64,000 bases of DNA from NCBI GenBank assembly GCA_965644265.1, contig OZ286459.1, positions 74,400,001-74,464,000 of the forward strand, read 5' to 3'. The position numbers were made by a program, and so were the translations under genes. The notes under the pieces are model-generated. The model saw only the letters and a program-made list of their open reading frames with translations. It had not been told where the DNA came from and made no database searches. Positions 1-14,100 of the stretch are shown one piece after another (positions within the stretch are counted from its first letter, which is position 1; each line of letters opens with the position of its first letter). This DNA is from Glycera tridactyla (lineage: Eukaryota).

Positions 1-78
1 ATGAGGAGTATTTAGGAAAATTCTACAGATATTGTGTTCATAGATCAAGGTGGACAATCATATCAGATGTATGAAGTA

Positions 79-139
79 CAGTCAGACCTGTACTAAGAAA
101 GCATCTCCTTTGGTCCCATCCTTAGAACAGGTCTGACTG
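79..139. mobile_element. 61-bp Tc1/mariner-type MITE
   Basis: TA|CAGTCAGACCTGT ... ACAGGTCTGACTG|TA: perfect 13-bp TIR with TA TSD. Confidence 0.75.
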
Positions 140-502
140 TATGAATCTATGAGCCACATCATTTTGATACCAGGAGAATTCCCCAAAAGATTTTGACAAT
201 TTGGAAAAAAATGAAAAATCCTAGAACAGTCATCACACAATCCCATTATTTGATGCTCATGTCAAAAGCAAAAATTTTGCTGAAATGGATTGAATTGACA
301 GCCACTGAAATAATTGTGGAGAGACAAATATGATTGCTGGCAGGCAGTCTCACCAGCTCCCAATGGTGACTCATCCCAGTGGTAGGTCATTGCACAATAT
401 CACAGAATCAGCCATTTTGAATAATTTATGCTAGATGGTATCCTCAGCTAACATAGATCAAGATCCCAAAATGACCTGCATTAGTCATAGCCAGAGCGGT
501 GA

Positions 503-985
503 TGGGGGTGGTGCCACTAGTGGTGGCAGTGGCAGCAGTGGTGGTGGTGGCATCAGTGTTGGTAATGGTGCTGGTGGTGTCAGTGGTGGTAGTGCCAGTG
601 GCTGTGGTAGTGCCAGTGGTGGTGGCGGTAGCAGTGATGGTGGTGGTGTAAGTGCAGGTGGTGGCAGTGCAAGTGGTAGTGGTACTTGTGGGAGTGGCAG
701 TGATGGTGGCAGTAGCAGTGCAGGTGGTGGTAGTGGTGGTGGAAGTGGCAGTAGCAGTGCAGGTGGTGCCAGTGGTAGTGGTGGCAGCAGTGGTGGTGCC
801 AGTAGCAGTGATGGTAGCAGCAGCAGTGCAGGTGGTGACAGTGCCAGTGGTGGTGGAAGTGGCAGTAGCAGTGCAGGTGGTGCCAGTGGTAGTGGTGGCA
901 GCAGTGGTGGTGGAAGTGGCAGTAGCAGTGCAAGTGGCAGCAGTGGTAGTGGTGGCAGCGGTGGTGGTGGAAGTGGCAGTGGGGT
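503..985. repeat. GGT/GGC/AGT/AGC cryptic trinucleotide repeat with a 57-bp higher-order period
   Basis: ggaagtggcag-like anchors at 741, 798, 855, 912 and 969. Confidence 0.9.
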
Positions 986-1688
986 TGCACCAGTCAGGCA
1001 ACCAGTGGGCTGGCTAGCAGATGGTATGATGATGCAGACTGTATGAGTCATTCAGCTCATTATGCCAGAATGGTGTGAGGTACGGCACAGACATATATTA
1101 TTCCAATAGGCACTGGAATTTATGGGCCAATCAACAGCTGATAACATATGATGGCCACTAATCCACCTCCTATAAAGCTATGCAAAACATTCAAAATCTA
1201 CCTTTTTTAAGTTCTGATTAGTCCCACCCCCAACACACCCACACATACCAAAAAAACAAAAAGGCACTTGTGAAGCCCAATTCATATTAGCAGTTATAAG
1301 AACATTTCTTCAATGTGAAAATCAACACAATTAACTGCCAGGATAGGTCAAATTGGGAGCGAGATTCATAAGTTTAATATTGGTGGAATACTATATTTTT
1401 GTTCCCTGATTGGGAGGTAACCAAACTTTGGGATTGAATCCCATTAAGTATGCAAGCAATGAAATAAGTACATATGAAATAAGTACATATCAATGCACAG
1501 AACAAACCAAAACATACAGAATAACATCAACATTGAATGTAAAAGTCAATCAATCAATCAATCAATTGATCCATCCATTATTAGTACTGGAGTGTTTTTT
1601 TATCCAACTAGGAGAACCAATATTTACTAAAAGGATGAACCAATAGTGCATTGATTTTCAAGTGTTGAGAGAGAAAATGTGTACTAAC

Positions 1689-1826
1689 CTAGTTCGGGGT
1701 ATCTTGCTGGGGTGAGAAAATGCTGGTGGGGCTGATTGTCGGACCACTTCTGGCAGGTATATCCAGATTGGGTTTGACTGACGGTGCCGCGGTAGCTCTG
1801 TCCGCTTCCGTTGTAACAGTGATGGT
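1689..1826 (-). CDS. ROR: Ror exon, kringle N-half (HHCYNGSGQSYRGTVSQTQSGYTCQKWSDNQPHQHFLTPARYPELG)
   Basis: Acceptor ctttgcctcccgccag|AC, donor TAG|gttagt; kringle signature CY.G.G..YRGT.S.T.SG..CQ.W....PH.H. Confidence 0.95.
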   Translation of the reverse strand, partial: TITVTTEADRATAAPSVKPNLDIPARSGPTISPTSIFSPQQDTPN

Positions 1827-4800
1827 CTGGCGGGAGGCAAAGCAGAGCATGGTAAGATGCAGCAGCAATCAATAACGGGCCAGTGAGTCATCATCTGCAG
1901 TGATGTCATAGCCCACTCTTCCACACCCAACTTTCATCTGATAACAACCCTTTCACTTCAATGCAATCAAGCTTGGAGAACCTTCAGCCTGCTAGGTCTC
2001 TGATTGTGAACATTTTTAGCCCATTGAAGATTTAGCTGAATAGTATTGCACTGGCCTCTTTACAGATGCTTATCATGCAACATGTGGTCTGGATCACTCC
2101 ATGATCACAGCTGCTTACACAGTGCAAAATACTGTAGGAATGTGGACAATTACAGCCTTTGCAAGAGTGATATACATTTTTTTTGGTAGTCTCTCTTGTT
2201 TCAGACAGCATAGAATGAATCCCATCACTACACTGATTCCTCATATTGAGTATGCAATCATGCTCAGTTTTTCCACTCACAAGAGAATCTAAACGTTCAG
2301 AGGCAGATTGGTCCAAAAGATCTCAGTTCCAAGGAGCACAACACAACATATTTGGCTGTCTGCCAACTTTGCCTCTACCCACGCAATCACTTATGCACAA
2401 GTTTAACCCTCTTCACCATACAGTGACTAAACCATCAACAGATTTTGAGTAGTTCAAATATTGGTAACAAGGAAAAAAGTATCATAATTGGGGCCCATGA
2501 TGTGGACATTTTCAGGCATTGTAATGCTAATTATCTCTCAAATGCAAGCCACTGAAGTAAGAGAATCCCTTCAATGTACAGGGTATCATTATATATGAGC
2601 CAAAACAGGTTTATGTCAATACTACACCATATATAGGTCATTCATTGTGCCGTTGTCATTACCAATAATCAGAATCCCATACCATCTGAATGATGAATGC
2701 ATAAGAGCAACCAAATATTATGAAACATAGAAAGCAGTAAAAATGAAGTGAAATGATATTATATGGCTTGAAATAATACTTAGACCTTCATATACAGTAC
2801 CAAATATTATAAAACATAGAAAGCAGTGAAAATGAAGTGAAATGATATTATACGGCTTGAAATGACACTTGGAACTTCATATACCATATATTATGAAACA
2901 TAGATAGATGTAAAATGATATACGACTTAAAATGACACTTAGACCTTCATATTGCCTAGGAGAGGCATATTGAGACAGCTTGTCAGTAAGTGGTTAACTG
3001 AGCCTTAGAGCAAATAGCAACGGTCATGGAGATTCAGTGGATCACAGCTCCAATACTACTGCAGTGCCCTAGATGTCTAGATGTCCGGACAGTTCCTGCC
3101 TATCAATAACAAGAATGACTCATACTCACTGTTATTGTAGTGTGTGGTGCGTGGTATCTGAATGCTCACACAGTTGCCAGCTTCAATACTGTCTTTTGGA
3201 GGCAACTTGTCACACTGCGGCAACACCATCTGATTGCCTATAACACAGAAACCCATAAAATGCTGATTTATAAAACTTGCTATCATGACTCACCTACTTG
3301 CCCTGGTGCCATGAAGCCACATCCATCCACTCTCACTCCATACAGCAACACCTACTGCCTACTACTGCATCTTGTCAACCACTGTTAAATTCTATTCTCC
3401 CTTGATGATTTCTTGCATAACAGGAGTTATGGTACAAATGTGATAGCTGGTGCAACGAGGCTCCCACAATTCAGCAGCATTTTTAATATATGGCATTTGG
3501 AACTGCATGAAGTGGTACTATAAAGCCATACCGAGATGTCCAAATTCTTCTACCTGTTCAATTTGTAGCATCAAAAAAGTATTCATATCATAGTAGGCAA
3601 TGTTAAACCCATTTTTCTTCCTTTTTCACCCCTATTTTCCCTTGGATCTCCAAACTCCATAATCCCAAACTAAATTTATCTGGATATGTTATGTAGAGAG
3701 TGATATTAATGAAATAATGAACCCTGAATAAAATCACCAGATAGTGAAACCTCTGATGGAGATGAGAGAATAATGAGTTCTGCGAGCAGCGTGCCCATTT
3801 TACATACACATAGTCAGACATACCCGAGATCTCTTTTGATAAGCTGCCTCCCAGTGACATTTAGGGTATTCAAGTGTCACAAGAACCACTGTATTTGCAA
3901 TTTAGGAGTTCAATGCAAAAGAATAACTCATCAAGACCATATTTCTATCCACTCATTCGCTGCTTATTACTTACCTATACGTGTATGTGTTTGAGCCAAT
4001 ATGTACTCCGTCTTACACAGATCATGTTCCAGCATCTCACAGTCTTCCCGACACAGTTGGCGAGGTCTTGGAACTGGACCCGAGTCATCACAGAGGGGGA
4101 AGGCATTGTAGCAGAGAGCAGGTATGGCATGCTCCCCACACCTCTGTGACAGATCACTTGATGAGCCGATAGCAGTGATGGCCACTGTAACATCAAATAA
4201 GGTGTCTTGTAAAGACCAAGTGTTTAAGTAGGTGACAAAGCTGTTGATCCAGAACCTGCTTCAGCCCACCTCTATACAAAGACCACCTACTTACAAAGAC
4301 CACCCTGAACTTCGATCTTGATAGTACAGTAAAACAAGTTCAAGAGACCACCTCTCTATTGTGGCTACCTGTCTACAAAGTCCACCCTGAGCTGTCACTG
4401 TGAATGTAGTTTCAATAGTAAATGACCTCTTTATACCGTCGAACCTGCTCTAAAGACCGCCTCTCAATAAAGACCACCTGAGGTGCGACCGTGGTAGTAT
4501 TTTCAACAGTAAATGACCTCTCTATAAAGACCACCTGCCCACAAAGACCACTTTTTGATGCGACCGAAGGCGGTCTTTATAGACAGGTTTGACTGTATAT
4601 AGGCCACCTGCCTCTCTATAAAGGCCAGTTATTGATGTGACCTAAGGTGGCACATAATAGACAGTCTTGTCAACAGTGAATATTCTACCGGTATCTACAA
4701 AGGCCAACTGCCTACACAGTTCCCATTTTGATGTGACCAAGGGTGACCTTTATGGACAGGTTTGATTGTACAATAAATCATCTGGGTAACAACCAATACT

Positions 4801-7800
4801 TGTCATTCAAATAATGTTGGTGTGCCACATCCCATATCGAAATGTGGCCATATTTTAATAAACAGTGTTACAGGCAATGTGATTAGCTAATCTGATCTGG
4901 AAATATCACATGGCCAGGTCTCAGAAAATCAGCAAGGCTATGGGTAATTCAATATGGTTACAAGGATCAAGGATTGCCAATTGACACCACCACATCCTGT
5001 ATCACTCTTCGGTCATGGACCAAGACAGAGGTGACCAGTTTAAAGAAATATTTAGAAGGCCGTGCCGTGCAGATGGGTACACAACACACAGGATGAAAAT
5101 GTCATCAAACACAACATCATTCATGAGAAGAAATCATCGGAGCTCTAAGTCATGTAGATGAGTTGGTTGTGGTTCAGCAATGAGGCCTGTCTGAATTTGA
5201 TGCTCGTTTGCCATGGTTTTCCAAGAAATCTGGCAAGTGAGGACATCTCCATTATTTGGATATGCAGGCATCCCCCACCAAACAGACATATCCAGGTTTT
5301 TTCAATCTTAGGTTTGATATCTTATGGCAGCCCCAATTTGAAAATACAGTAAAACCTGTCTCAAGTGAAAAGGCACGGGACCAAATTTTTCTTCCACTTA
5401 AAACAGGATTTTGCTTAGCGCAGGACAATTATAGTGAGAAAAACCATCGGGGCAGACCGTGGGGTATGTGCCTAAGACAGGATTTTGCCTAGCACAGGTT
5501 TACACTCAAGCAGGTTTCACTGTATGGCACATGTACCAGACATTTAATCTGGATTTACTGGTCTCAGATGCGGTATATTTCCATCTTCATCATTTGGTAG
5601 TGGAGATACAAGTGCCAGTACAGATAGCAATCTCCAACATGACAATCACCCCTCCTAACCATCAGCAGTGCTTAGGTATAGAGAACATGATGATAGCAGT
5701 GATGATGGGATCTGAACCACAAGGGATATGACTAATCAACCAGTGACTATGCCATGAATATTGGCAAGAACAGCAGGATATGGAAGTACATGTATCTCCA
5801 CACTGACCCAGACTGGTGTTGACTGGGAGAAGCTTTGGGGCAGGAATTAACACTAGGTGGTGCTACATACTCAGTTCCAGAAAATGACACAAGGTGGCAC
5901 TCTGGGCAGATTACAAAATTCTCCCAACTAACTCGGCACTGTAACAAGACGATCCGTGCAAGAACTGAGTGGTGTGAGCCACAACTGCTGCCTGTGTCAC
6001 TGTTTCTGCCACTGCCTCTACCAAGAGGAAATAATTGATCTCTAAATTGAATGAAAATGTGAAACAATCCAGATGATATCTGACTGATATTTTGGTGCCC
6101 GATTTTCCCTCCATGTTTCATATAAGGATCAAGCCTAACAAAGCATCAAAGCCAACACTGACTGCCATGTGGTGCTTTTCTTGCAAGCAAGCATGTTAAT
6201 CAAAGATGTTACTAATGTGATAACACACTGGCAGCCGCTACATGGTCGGAAGGAAGTGTACTGTAGTCATCCCACCACACTACTATGATCACCTCACATC
6301 TTGAATGCAGCTGCTTTTCTGCACAAGGTCATATAGGTACATGTGCACCATAATCCTTTCACCTTTAACCAATCTTCATGAATGGACAACTGACCTACAG
6401 AAAATGCAGTACTACATAATTCTTCCTAATTATCATCTACCCAGACATCTGCATCCTGATAATATGGACAAGCGATACACATTTCCTCCTCTTGTATCAC
6501 ATCGCAACAAGTAAGAATTAGTCTACTTAAATAAGAAAATGTCATAGGTTCAACCGATAACCTACTTGAATAAGAAAAATGTCATAAGTTCAACTGATAA
6601 CCTACAACTAACAAGAACACTGCCATTACATGACCATGATACAAGATACTTTTTTTCCCCGAATAACTAGTCTTAGCTGCATTACTGAAGATACTGGTGT
6701 AGACATGCGGCCTTTATAAAGAGTTTGTTCACTAGAAAACACCTTAGTGTGGCCCTTGTTGGCAGGTAGCATTCGTATAATGGTGGTCTTCTGAGCAAGT
6801 TCAACTGTACATTCAGATATTGTTGGTGGTTCTGTCCAGCAGTACTAGTTCTGGCAAAATGAGCTGTAGTAGCAGAAATAGCATTACAAGCACTATTATA
6901 TTATAAAAGATGTCAGACACAAATGTACACCATCCAAAATACCAATTTAATCGAAGTGACCATACTCTAACAATGCTGTAGAATGATTTCCACTTGATTT
7001 TCAATGGTACAAAACATGAAACCATTCTAAGCATTCTGGACAAGTTTGACTTCATCTTAAATGTCACTTCGATCGTTCAAATGGTAGAATTGAACCCAAA
7101 TGCATAGGAGATACCAAGATAAATTCCAAATAAATGAGAAATTGGGAAATATTGATCTGCAATTCTTATTTGCTACACATGGAATTCATTTTCGAATCTT
7201 GAATCACATCATCAGAAATATGTTTTCCTCCGAAAAACCCTTCTATCTACTCATCAAAGGTCTAACCCTGGTTCTAGACGGATCCTTATCAGCATCAATA
7301 TGAATACATCAAGAAAAAGATCAGTTGATTAGACACAACATATAACTGATGTAAGAGCACAAAATGATGCCAATCTATATTCCAATATCAATAAACCGGA
7401 TACATTGGTTTCTATCTAATCTCGCTAACCATTAGTTATCCATGCCAAGATGAAACACATCAGATGAGATGCCAACCTTCGACTGATGGCCAACTCTCAT
7501 CAAAGCAACATGGCCCTCCACATTTTCTTGTACAATATCCCAAACCCTCAAGAATCATGCCCCCTCCCCACACCTCCCCAAAAAGAAAAAATAATAATCA
7601 GTTTTGCAGTGATAAGAGATAGTTCTCTTGGAATCAGTTTTTCCAAGTGGTCATGTTGGTATCTACTGATGGACCATCTGCCTTGCAAGTCCCGTTTTTG
7701 AAATTATCAAATGCTGCGAAGCTTATCAGATAATGCATTTTATGAGGTAAACTTTAGAAGCAAGCAACCATACACAAAGTTTTAAAATTTCCATGTTTAC

Positions 7801-10800
7801 TCCAACACTGAAGTATGATTTATGAAAAATAACCCATAATCTGGATCAAATGCAGCAAATCTATACCCGTGATGAAGAGAAATGTGAAGAAGAGAAAGAA
7901 AAAAGAATTCACATCTGGGTTTTGATTCAGAGATTGAAGTTTCCAATGATCTTTCTGTATTTGGATATACAGCAGTACCGATCACCAAAATTTACAATGA
8001 AAGTGGAAAACCGCAATATATCCTGCTACACTCAATCATAGTGAAACCTGTATCCAGCAACCCCACAATGAATGACCATCTCTTTCAAACAACCAATTTT
8101 TGTCACCAGAATACCAAATACGTCTTGGAAGATCTCTGACTATCGACCACCTCTCTAACATGACCATGCCTGAATGATAGCAATTACCTGTGACAAACAA
8201 CCACTCAAGGTGGATCAGTATCTTGATCAGCACTGACATGGACAATAATAACCGTGTATAAACGAATGACTCCTTACTGCTTTACACTTCACTAAAGTTT
8301 GAGTTTAGAAAGTTTCAGATGGTTATTTTGATGAATGTTGTTGGAGGCCAACCTCCTGATACATGGCTTCAAACAGTTTACCTGACACAGCAATATCAGC
8401 ATAAACTATCATGTTGCATGGTCACTCATAACAAGTTTCACTGTACTCCGGCTATTCAGGAACCTCTTTGAGGATCCATTAAGAAAAGGATATTGTTGCA
8501 GATTCTTCACTGAGGTAAAACAGCAAGGGTCATTCATTACTTCAACTACTAATGCCAATCGAGAATCTGTTTTCTACATGATATGATTAACCTCCAAAGA
8601 GAAATGCTCGACTTTACAAAAACTGTTTTTAATAATCTTCGGGGATGAAATCTTGTTGGTGATAGTAAAGTATTGATGATCAGTGCACAATAATGTACAT
8701 GGCACAGGAGCCAGCATCCACATGATACATTCAATTACACCATGCCAAACATGATGTTTTGGCAGTGATGATGTGCCAAGTCCACTCAATCCCTTCCTCC
8801 ATCCCCACACTAAGTAGGACTCCATCACATACTCAAACATAATACAAAGTGAAAATACTCTGGCAAGATGAATACAGAAAGGTTCTTGCTTAGTACTCTG
8901 CATGCTTAGAGCAGGTTTGACTGTAGTCGATCCCACATTAGCCGTGCGTGGGGATGTGCAGTGTGCACCTGCATTATGCATCAGACAACAACAGAGTTCA
9001 GGGATGGAACTATTGCAGTGGTGGGTGGCCTGAAGTGGGATGGTTTGAGGTGTGACAAAGAGTAAGCCCTCCAGATGGCACACCATACACAGATGTCACC
9101 ACGGTAACCTGTCCACTCTCATTCCATAATGGAGGATGACCTTGACATTGGATGGCTGCTTTCCAACATTGTACTCAAGCTATCCTACACATGATACATT
9201 TGCTGCTAATATTCCCTTATTTCTAAGCAAAAAAATGACCTTAGGTGAACTGGAACTGTGCCTGCATCATTATTGCCATTTCTAGCCAATAGATGACAGG
9301 TATACCAAGTATAACAATGGACCTATACCAACAGTGGAAGAAGTAAATGATGGTCCAGAATGAATTGGCACAGCCACACAATCTGGCAAATGTTTATTAA
9401 AATTTGTTTACTTACACATCATGCGCTCCTCCATGATTCCCTGTTGACGTTTACTGTACACATATATACTTTTGTTGCTCAGTAAATTGTTACATGCTGA
9501 ACTACGATAGGTTTGGCAGAACGGCTGGCCAACATCATCTGGCTCATCAAATAACCTGAAGAAAGAAGATATAATACATCAATATTAGAATAAAACATAT
9601 GGTAATACTCATTAGTATCCATGGCAACAGGTCAACACTGCATACACTGATGTCAAGAGCCGATGCTTCTGCAAAAGAAAGCAAAGATGGTTAAATATAT
9701 AGGTATCTGTAATTTGAAGTGGGGATGAGAATCTGATGTCATGTTAGTTGTTCGATATTAAGTATTACCAGTGATTATTTTTCGAACAGTGATCAAATGA
9801 AGTAATGATCAAAAAGGTGATCTTGTTCATGATTGTTCATTTTGTGATCCTCAGACTGATGAAAAGGTGATGAATACTAAATGATCACTGAAATACAAAT
9901 TGAGAATTTCTTTTTCAATTAAAATAATGATGGCATATAGGCTGGGAGTTTTGTTTTTCCTATGAACCCTCACATATGTGGTCAGTGTTTACACATGCAT
10001 AATCCACAGCAGAGAACTGACCACTGGTCAAGCTAGCATATGGTGATGATGCAGACAGAATGACCACTGGTCAGACCAGAGGGCTAGCCATTCATTAGGC
10101 TCATTAGTGGCCTACTGTGTGCCCTATATTGGGGGCCATCTGTCAGCCTAGCTGCCTGGCAACCTAATCCAAACACATGACAGCCTGTGCACAATCTGAT
10201 ATCATGCCTGTCAATTTGACCTCAGACATCCTCCTGCATTAATCCAGTCAGTGCAAGAGACTCAGCTAAAACAAATCCCATGGAGGCAACAAAGATGTGC
10301 CAAAACAAACTTCCACAATTTCATGCATTCTCAGCCGCTATCCACTACTGAATTGATTGGTAACTGACAATACTATCTAGTGTGTTGATCACAAAATGGG
10401 AATCTGCCTGGGCATGGTGACATCTAAATACGATACTCAGAAGGTATGCATGTGCGTGTATGTGAAGGTGTGTGTATGTATGTGTGAGTGTGTATATCCA
10501 TGTATGTGTATGTGAGTGTGTGTGTACGTGCATGCCTATGTGTGTATGTGTATGTGTGTGCTAGAGAAATTGCCGTCCATGTAAATTACTATGTTGGTTC
10601 TCCCTGCACGTGTCTGACTCTGGGCTCACACCTCAGCAGAGACATGTGCTTCCGGCTAGTAGCAATCTGTGGCAATTTAATTAATCTGTGCTTGTTGTAT
10701 CCATGTACTAACTCTTGGATAACACTGTAATTGTCTTGCCAATGNNNNNNNNNNNNNNNNNNNNNNNNNNNNNNNNNNNNNNNNNNNNNNNNNNNNNNNN

Positions 10801-11123
10801 NNNNNNNNNNNNNNNNNNNNNNNNNNNNNNNNNNNNNNNNNNNNNNNNNNNNNNNNNNNNNNNNNNNNNNNNNNNNNNNNNNNNNNNNNNNNNNNNNNNN
10901 NNNNNNNNNNNNNNNNNNNNNNNNNNNNNNNNNNNNNNTCATGTGAATTACTGTTACTACTCCCTACATGTGTTTAATGTGTACTGATAGTATTATGGGC
11001 ACAACTGCATCAGTCCGGACATGCCATTGCACTTTATACTCTGTTCTTGTTATACCCATGTCCTAATTCACACTGTAGTTGTCGCACCCATGTCTCATTT
11101 ACCCCCTGCCAGAGAAGTAACCA

Positions 11124-11167
<44 letters not shown>

Positions 11168-14100
11168 TCTGTGCATGCATGTGTATGTATGTCTGTGCGT
11201 GTGTGTCTGTGTGTGCTGCATGTGTGTGCATGTGTGTGTTTGAATGTGTGTGCGTGCATGTGTGTTTTTGTGTATGTGTGAGTGTGTGCATGCATGTGTG
11301 TATGTGTGTGTGTGTATGTGCCGCCACCACTGCCGCCGCTGCCACCGCCGCCACTGCTTTCACCAACGCCACCGCCGAGGAGCCCTGGGCCTGCACCTCA
11401 GCGAAAACATGTGCTTCTCGGTAGTAGCAATATATTTAATTTGCTGTAGCTGGAATCCGTCGGCATCTGTGTATAGTGGAAACGTAGCATGAAGGAGTGG
11501 CGTGGGTGTGTGTACGTGTGTGTATGTGTGCGTGAGTTTGTATATGTGTTTTTGTGTGTGTATGTATGTGCCGACACCGCTGCCACTGCCGCCGCCGTCG
11601 CCGCCATCGGCGCCGCCGCCCCCACTGCCGCCGCCGCCGCTGCCGCCGCCACCACCGCCAAGGGGCCCTGGGCTCACACCTCAGCGGTAACATGTCTCTC
11701 GGGAGTAGCAATCTGTTGCAATTTAATTCGCTGTAGCTGAAACCCGTTGACATCCGGGTAAAGTGGAAACGTAACATGAAAGAGTGGCATGTGTGTGTGT
11801 AAGTGTTTCTATGTGTACGTGCTTGTGTGTATATTTGTTNNNNNNNNNNNNNNNNNNNNNNNNNNNNNNNNNNNNNNNNNNNNNNNNNNNNNNNNNNNNN
11901 NNNNNNNNNNNNNNNNNNNNNNNNNNNNNNNNNNNNNNNNNNNNNNNNNNNNNNNNNNNNNNNNNNNNNNNNNNNNNNNNNNNNNNGCCGCTGCCACTGC
12001 TGCCACCACTGCCACCCCCACCACTCTGCCGCCGCTGCCGCTGCCGCCGTGTGTGAGTGTGTATATGTATGTGTGTACCAGAGAAATGGCCGTCCATGTG
12101 AATTACTATGTTAGTTCTCCCTGCATCTGTCTGATTTGTACTGATAGTGTTTTGGACGCTACCGCATATATCCAGACCTGACATTGCACCTGATACTCTA
12201 TACTTGTTATGCCCATGTCCTAACTCTTGATTCACACTGTAATTGTCTTACTCATGACTCGTTCACCCCCCAGTAGAGAAGGGGCCATCCTTGTATGTGC
12301 ATGTATGTGTAGGTATGTGTGCCAGCATGTGTATGTTTGTTTGTGTCCGTAATCGTCTGTCTGTATGTGTATGTGTGTGACATGAGTGTAGACGGCAGGG
12401 CGCAGATTATACAACATGCTGGAGCACCACTTAACCTACTCTGAGGATTGTGTAGCCCTCCTAGCCCTCCTAACTTGACATACTAGCCTCTGTGTGACTT
12501 GACACCGCTGATATGCCCACGATATCACCCAGCACATAGGCCCTGCTAATCAACTCCCTATTTTATATTTTATTTTGTTGTATATTACTTCACTCCATGA
12601 ATTTTGTACTTATAAACAGGGTGCTACTGCTGGTGAATGGAACCGATGTTCAGGCAAATACCTGCCATCACTTGTATCTTGTATCTTGTATCTTAGTAAC
12701 ACACCATCCATAGATAACTGCCCCTTTGAAAAGTATCCAGTCTTAGTCATGACAAATCCATGAAATGATGTTCTTATGTTTGGCGGTTTAATGCCCGGAT
12801 TCCACCACCACTGAAAACAATACACTAGATCATGTCACAGGGCTGGCACAGTTATGGAGGTACTACGGCAGTAAACATCTACCCAACCCGTGACAATGAC
12901 CGATGACACAGGTACACTGGCTACTGACTGCAATCGGAAGGGTTTCTCCATGCTCCACTGGAACGTACGCAGTCTATACAAAAATCTGGAAGAGGTAGGG
13001 AAAATCCTAGAAGAGGCAGCACCTGACATCCTGACCATCAGCGAAACATGGCTGAACTCATCAGTCGGTGACAACCAGCTATCATTTCCAAATTACACCA
13101 TCATCAGGCTAGACAGAGACCCTACACTAGGAAAAGTGACTGGTGGTGGGGTGCTGATATATATCAAAGAATGCTATGAATACACACATCTAGAAGAGCT
13201 CAATCTTGTTGATCGCAACATGGAAGCGACCTGTGTGAAAATATCCCTCAAGGAGACCCGGCCTATTGTTGTCATGGTTGCATATCGCCCGCCGGAAGGC
13301 AATGTAGAGTCTTGCCTATCGCTTATAACAGAGGCCATGGACATAATTTGTTCTATTATCACCCCAGAGATTGTCATACTAGGTGATATGAACATCAACT
13401 GGAATATGGAGTCCCCAGACAGACGCAAATACAAAAACTGGCTACAGGAACGTAACTACAACCAACTGATCAGCAACCCAACAAGGATTACTCAAACAAC
13501 AGAGACGACCATTGACCACTTTATCACAAATAACAAGGACATGTACAACTACACCAAAGTAAGATCTAACGGAGCATCTGACCACAGTATTGTCATGGGG
13601 CTGAGGAAAAAGGGTGTCGCCAGGAAAGAGATGAAAGAACTATGGATACGGAGTTACCGTGGTTTTAGTGCTGAAGGATTCGCTGGAAGTGCAGCACAGG
13701 TGGACTGGAGTGGGGTGTTGGACTGTGTGGATAGTGAGGCAGCATGGAGTGTTTTCAAAGCAAAGTTTTTAGAATTGATGGACAGCACGGTACCAATGAG
13801 GAAGAAAGTAGTGGATGTCAATGCTGTGCCCTGGAGAAGTGGTCAGATGTTTAGCTACATAGACGAACGTGATGACCTGAAACGTACTTATGACAGTGAC
13901 AAAACAGACGAAAACTGGGAACTTTACCGACGAGCGCGCAACAGAACATCAATCTTGAAGCAAAATTTGAAACGGGATTACTTTAAGGATGCCCTACGTA
14001 AATACAGCAAAGACTATAGAAAACTGTGGGCGACTCTCCGACGTTTACTACCCAACTCGAGACAAGTGCAGGAGTTAAGCAAAATCGGTGACAGTACAGA

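Noticed and set aside
10345-12417. His/Thr, Cys/Val and Gly/Ala-rich ORFs in the ORF track
   Set aside because: They are translations of TG/CA and GCC repeats and N-gaps; several overlapping frames are open and there is no domain signal.
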